Assembly: GCA_016840065.1 (NCBI GenBank)
Contig: JAEOTB010000114.1
Span: 1 to 20,169, forward strand
Direction: 5' to 3'
Source of the DNA: Candidatus Hermodarchaeota archaeon
GTDB taxonomy: Archaea > Asgardarchaeota > Hermodarchaeia > Hermodarchaeales > Hermodarchaeaceae
DNA: 20,169 bases
Shown here: positions 16,344 to 20,169 of the stretch, piece by piece
How positions within the stretch are numbered: position 1 is the stretch's first letter
How the letters are laid out: each line of letters opens with the position of its first letter
Notes under the pieces: generated by a model
Database searches by the model: none
What the model was told of the DNA's origin: nothing
Seen by the model: only the letters and a program-made list of their open reading frames with translations
Position numbers and translations under genes: made by a program

Positions 16344-16985
16344 ATGAAATTACCTTTCAACTGGAAAATGATTGGAGCACTTGCTGGGGTCATTGGCCCC
16401 ATCATCTTCTGCATCGTCACCGCTGTCGCCATGTTTATCCGGCCAGACCCCTATTTCTTCTGGGAACACTCCTTCAGCTCAACGGGTCTCTTGGTATCGG
16501 GTGGCACACCATCGCCGATGAACTATATCCTATTCAACGTTGCATGCATCACTGTAGCTATCTGTACGGTTCCTTTTTGGTTCGCCATCAGGACGCTCTT
16601 CTCTGAGACAACCTTTGTCCGGACTACCAGCCTACTGGGAACCATTCTCGGTTTGGCTGCGGCACCCTTCCTTTGCGGGGTTTCGATTATTTCTGCTGAC
16701 CCATTGACCAGTAACCTTCACTGGTTGATGACGACTAGCTTCTTCCTCTTGCTTTCCACAACGATACTCATCTACTCTCTGGCAATCGCGGTGGACAACG
16801 ACTATCACTGGACCTATGCGATTCCTGGACTAATCATCAGCGGCATCTGTTACGCTTATGCCGTTGGGCTATTAGTTCCAGGGCTGGAGTTCCTCGCAAC
16901 TAATGCTATCCAGAAGGTCGCTGTGTATGGGCTAGTTCTCTGGTCGGAGTTTCAGGCTGTCAAGCTCATCCGAGAGTTCAAGTAA
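16344..16985 (+). CDS. DUF998-like membrane protein, paralog 2
   Basis: Colinear with paralog 1 (PSPMNY, VPFW, LHW, IQKV). ggagg SD and a tttttaag box upstream. Confidence 0.7.
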   Translation: MKLPFNWKMIGALAGVIGPIIFCIVTAVAMFIRPDPYFFWEHSFSSTGLLVSGGTPSPMNYILFNVACITVAICTVPFWFAIRTLFSETTFVRTTSLLGTILGLAAAPFLCGVSIISADPLTSNLHWLMTTSFFLLLSTTILIYSLAIAVDNDYHWTYAIPGLIISGICYAYAVGLLVPGLEFLATNAIQKVAVYGLVLWSEFQAVKLIREFK

Positions 16986-17005
16986 TCAGTATGGACAGAG
17001 TTTCC

Positions 17006-17044
17006 AGGAAGCCCTGGTTAGGGTTTCCTCTCCCTTTCTTTTTT
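17006..17044 (+). terminator. Hairpin plus T-tract terminator between convergent genes
   Basis: aggaagccct-ggtt-agggtttcct forms a 10-bp stem with one G-U pair (17006-17029), followed by ctccctttctttttt. Confidence 0.6.
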
Positions 17045-17080
17045 CATTCCTCTTATCAGTGATTCCAAGACACTTGAGTT

Positions 17081-17365
17081 CTAGCTGGGCGTGACATACA
17101 ATGATGCACTGATTATTCTGTCACAGGCGGCACAGGCTAGTAGGGATGTCACTAGTGGTTTACCCTCCATCTTTTCGAGTCTTTTTCGAAACATGTTACG
17201 GGCGACTCTTGGCATCCTTTCTAGTATCTCTTCTTGCACCTTGTAAAAGCTAGTAACGAGTTCGAAGACAGCCTTCATCGAAAGCTTCAATCGAATCTCT
17301 TCATCGCAATGTGGACATCTAGGCATGAGAAGGAATTGCCTTGGTTTATCTAAATCCCGTTCCAT
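17081..17365 (-). CDS. Small putative zinc-binding protein (CxxC-x57-CxxC)
   Basis: CPHC ... CAAC with a charged helical insert. Start is probably ATG 17365 or ATG 17326 rather than GTG 17416. Confidence 0.6.
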   Translation of the reverse strand: MERDLDKPRQFLLMPRCPHCDEEIRLKLSMKAVFELVTSFYKVQEEILERMPRVARNMFRKRLEKMEGKPLVTSLLACAACDRIISASLYVTPS

Positions 17366-17519
17366 CTTGACCCAAGGGTAGGGAAGAGATAAAACAAGAG
17401 CGAGAAGCCTTGGCACCTAGCCTTTAGTGTTGTAATCCTCAGCGGCAATGAATTTTTAAGCACTACAACTCTATTAGACGACTCTCCTGTAGGTAACCAG
17501 TCAACCTTGAGGTCGAGTC

Positions 17520-18245
17520 GTGAAAATCTCTTATGCTAGAATCGGAGCCATCTGCGGCATCCTCTGTGGATTGGCTTATGTTTTCTTTACCCTTCTAGCC
17601 ATGCGGGTGTTCCCCGGGGGCTTCGATGTTGCCTGGGGTTATATGAGCACCTTGGGTGTCACCGTGACCGCTGCTGGGATTCCCTCTCCGATAAACTCTC
17701 TCTTTTTTGCTACAGCTTGCACTCTTGCCGCAGTGTTTCTAATCCCCTTCTGGTTAACCTATCCGCGGGTCTTCTCCGAACCCAAGAGAGCACGGCACAC
17801 GGCCCTCATTGGTAGTGTGATTGGCGTCGCCGCCTCCCCCTTCGTTGCCCTCGTGGGATTCACTCCCGGAAACCTCATGATAGACATTCATCGACTGGTG
17901 TCGTTTCTCTTCTTCGTTTTGTACATCGTTGCGGTTCTGGTCTATTCGTATGCTATCCTCCTAAGCAAGGACGTCGGGAACCGGTACGCCATCTTTGGAA
18001 TCGTCTCTGTTTTCCTCTGCTTCCTCCATATCACTGGACCCTTGATGGGGTTACCACAGATACAGAAAATCGCGGTCTACAGTATGTTCCTGTGGCCCCT
18101 GTTCCAAGGCATCAAGCTGGTCAAGATCTTCAGGATTACTGACGGACTACGAATCCCCAGCTGGCTGGTCAAGCCCCTCTCCTTTTCCCGGATTCGACAC
18201 ATTCAGTCACCGAGAATCTCCTTCTCCCTAGTAAGACCATGGTGA
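17520..18245 (+). CDS. DUF998-like membrane protein, paralog 3, with a C-terminal extension
   Basis: FPGGF..YMSTLG, PSPIN, IPFW, PGNL..IHR and IQKI match the paralogs. gaggt SD and tttttaagc (17453-17461) upstream. Confidence 0.7.
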   Translation: MKISYARIGAICGILCGLAYVFFTLLAMRVFPGGFDVAWGYMSTLGVTVTAAGIPSPINSLFFATACTLAAVFLIPFWLTYPRVFSEPKRARHTALIGSVIGVAASPFVALVGFTPGNLMIDIHRLVSFLFFVLYIVAVLVYSYAILLSKDVGNRYAIFGIVSVFLCFLHITGPLMGLPQIQKIAVYSMFLWPLFQGIKLVKIFRITDGLRIPSWLVKPLSFSRIRHIQSPRISFSLVRPW

Positions 18246-18392
18246 ACTACCCGTTACCGCGGGTAGGAATATTGGTCCTAGGCCAGAGCCTAATAGAATG
18301 GGCAGTATGATAAACAAGAGTACAACTGCAATCGCACTGATTATGATGAGGACCACTGTGACTATAATCAGAACTTTGATCCACGTTTCCAT
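18228..18392 (-). CDS. Small hydrophobic membrane protein, 54 aa (not in the ORF track)
   Basis: METWIKVLIIVTVVLIIISAIAVVLLFIILPILLGSGLGPIFLPAVTGSSPWSY*. Strong AAGGAGGT SD on the minus strand (GGAGG at 18401-18405), 8 nt before the ATG. Confidence 0.6.
   Translation of the reverse strand: METWIKVLIIVTVVLIIISAIAVVLLFIILPILLGSGLGPIFLPAVTGSSPWSY
18247..18266 (+). terminator. Perfect 7-bp hairpin just after the stop of 17520..18245
   Basis: CTACCCG-ttaccg-CGGGTAG. No T-tract follows, so its function is uncertain. Confidence 0.3.
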
Positions 18393-18465
18393 TGAATCGA
18401 CCTCCTTCCTTGAATTAGTTAGGAATTGTGAATTGATTCCTAATAAGGGTACCTAATTCGTTTCA

Positions 18466-19227
18466 TCAAGAACAGTTTCCTGGGGGATGGCGGCGTCGTA
18501 GAGTAATCACTAGCCCCACTGCCAGAATCAGACCCGCCCCGATTGTGACTGTGGGAAAGCCTGGAATCCCTAGTGGTGGCTCACCATTTGTATTGGTTGG
18601 TGGTGGGATGTCGACGGTGTCGCTGACCACTATATTATCGATGGCAGTGTCTTGCTCTGCTTGTATTACAAAATAGTTCGATGTATCGTAGGTTGTGTCC
18701 ACGAACTCCATGGCGAGGGTTCCGTTGATGTAGACGTAGAATTGCCCTTCGGCGTCTCGGGTTATATCGAAGTGGTGCCAGCCAAGTATTGTTGGGGGAG
18801 TGTAGTTGCCAAGTCTGGTGGGCACATAGTTCCAGTGTCGGAAGAAGTAGATTTGCTCCATACGACCAGAGATTGTGATGTCGTAGCTGTAATACTCGAT
18901 GAGGGGGTCTCCTATTTCGATGGAGATGAATTGGATGCCAATCCCTAGGTATCCGCAGTGGACATCGAAGCTCCAAGTTCCCGTGGCGACGGTGCTGGTG
19001 TGGTATCCCCGGCTTGCCATCCCAATGTTGCCCCGCATGGTGTTGTCGGCGGCTGAGAATTCTCCAGTGTCTACTGTCCATCCGTCAAGGTTTCCGTCGT
19101 TGAAGTTATCTGACCACACTGTGGCTGCCCGGCAGGGAGGGGGCTGGATGAGGAGGCACCAGAGTGTAATTCCTACTAGAAGCATTAGGGTGATTCTTTT
19201 GGTCAGTTGCAATAGACTGAGCCCCAC
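18466..19227 (-). CDS. Exported surface protein with a ConA/LamG-like beta-sandwich and an IPGF C-terminal sorting signal
   Basis: Signal peptide, WSDNFNDGNLDGW, GWHHFDITRD..G.FYVYING and IDNIVVS, then a Pro/Thr linker, GIPGFP, a TM helix and RRR. Confidence 0.72.
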   Translation of the reverse strand: MGLSLLQLTKRITLMLLVGITLWCLLIQPPPCRAATVWSDNFNDGNLDGWTVDTGEFSAADNTMRGNIGMASRGYHTSTVATGTWSFDVHCGYLGIGIQFISIEIGDPLIEYYSYDITISGRMEQIYFFRHWNYVPTRLGNYTPPTILGWHHFDITRDAEGQFYVYINGTLAMEFVDTTYDTSNYFVIQAEQDTAIDNIVVSDTVDIPPPTNTNGEPPLGIPGFPTVTIGAGLILAVGLVITLRRRHPPGNCS

Positions 19228-19310
19228 TCAAGAGTGCTAGAATCTGTTAATGAGTATATCCATTCAGGCACGCTATTTGATATCATAAGAGATGGGAGTA
19301 TGGATATCCT

Positions 19311-20168
19311 CTATGATTTGCTTGTGGTTTCCTCTATCTTCTCTTCTGGAGTTTCTGGTGATTCTAGGTCGTTTGCTGGGGCTTCGACGGTTTCTGGGGG
19401 TGTTGTGGGGATGTCTTCGTGGGGTTGTTGGGTGGTCTTGGCTGCTTCCTTTTCTCGTGAGATTTCTTGGATGATTGTCCTGTCCTTGGGGATGGGGTAG
19501 CTGAAGCCTTTGCGGATTAGGAGTGCTCCGGTCAGGGCGAGGAGGCTGCAGATGCTGAAGATTAGGGGGAATCCAAAGATGGGAATTAGCTGGCTGATTA
19601 CGAAGATGACAGGTAGGGCGAAGAGCATTGCGACGGTGGGTCTGAGTGAGTACATGCAGTTTCTGATGCGGTTGGGGAAGACATCAATCATGACTCGTTG
19701 ATTTAGGATCCCAGCAACTCGTCCGATAGCATCGGTAACTACGAAGAGGACATAGATTAGGAAAATGGGTACAACCGACGAGAGGGGAAGGGTTAGTATG
19801 GGGAATGCAGTGAAGGGGAGGAAAACCGTGATGAAGGGTGCTGCTGCGATGTAGGAGGGGAAGACAAGAGTGATGAGGACGAGGCCGAAGAAGAAGCCAA
19901 TGCTACCAAAGTAGATTAGGCTGAGGCGGGGAATCCACTTGACTGGGTCGAACCGCTTAGACCATTGACCACTCCGTTCAGCCGCAACCACCATCGGAGC
20001 GAACATTGTGGTGCGGAAGGTGGCGACTGCAACGTCGGATAGTAGGTAGCCGAAGTAGAAGGGGAATAGGAGGATGTTCCACCAGGTGATGCCGACTGCC
20101 CACATGAACATCTGGCCGATGAAGGTGAAGGTGACGAAGCGGGAGGAGCCGACGAACTTTAGTCCATC
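19311..20168 (-). CDS. MFS transporter, C-terminal half (starts beyond the window end)
   Basis: The frame is open from 20168 (DGLKFVGSSRFVTFTFIGQMF...). Multiple TMs, IDVFPNRIRNCMYSL (MFS 'P...R....S' loop) and an acidic/Pro-rich tail. Confidence 0.75.
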   Translation of the reverse strand, partial: DGLKFVGSSRFVTFTFIGQMFMWAVGITWWNILLFPFYFGYLLSDVAVATFRTTMFAPMVVAAERSGQWSKRFDPVKWIPRLSLIYFGSIGFFFGLVLITLVFPSYIAAAPFITVFLPFTAFPILTLPLSSVVPIFLIYVLFVVTDAIGRVAGILNQRVMIDVFPNRIRNCMYSLRPTVAMLFALPVIFVISQLIPIFGFPLIFSICSLLALTGALLIRKGFSYPIPKDRTIIQEISREKEAAKTTQQPHEDIPTTPPETVEAPANDLESPETPEEKIEETTSKS

Positions 20169-20169
20169 C

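Noticed and set aside
18635-19240. Overlapping His/Arg-rich and other ORFs (18635..19081, 18652..18948, 18899..19240)
   Set aside because: Alternative frames of 18466..19227, which has a coherent signal peptide, domain and sorting tail.

Overview
Archaeal-type window, most consistent with an Asgard archaeon such as Thor-/Hermodarchaeota. This is inference from the geranylgeranyl-reductase-family gene, TTTAAG TATA-like boxes, GGTGA/GGAGG ribosome-binding sites, N-glycosylation-rich surface proteins and IPG[FI]-TM-basic C-terminal sorting tails. The window is dominated by membrane and cell-envelope genes with repeated local paralog expansions: three ~760-aa sensor histidine kinases with very large (~16 TM, apparently 2x8 TM) membrane domains and no response regulator in the window, two membrane-anchored MBL-fold hydrolases and three DUF998-like membrane proteins. 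It also holds a membrane protein resembling eukaryotic choline-transporter-like (CTL/SLC44/Pns1) proteins, a GGR-family flavoprotein, a SAM methyltransferase, a GNAT, three C-terminally anchored surface proteins, a zinc-ribbon protein and an MFS transporter cut by the window edge. Signals outside or beyond the ORF track include a diverged ~95-bp direct repeat enclosing a G-quadruplex-like tract, a 28-bp motif shared upstream of both MBL genes, near-identical nucleotide blocks between kinase paralogs, a serine-hydrolase remnant and an unlisted 54-aa membrane peptide. No rRNA, tRNA, CRISPR or transposase was recognised. All family assignments come from motif recognition by eye, not from database searches.
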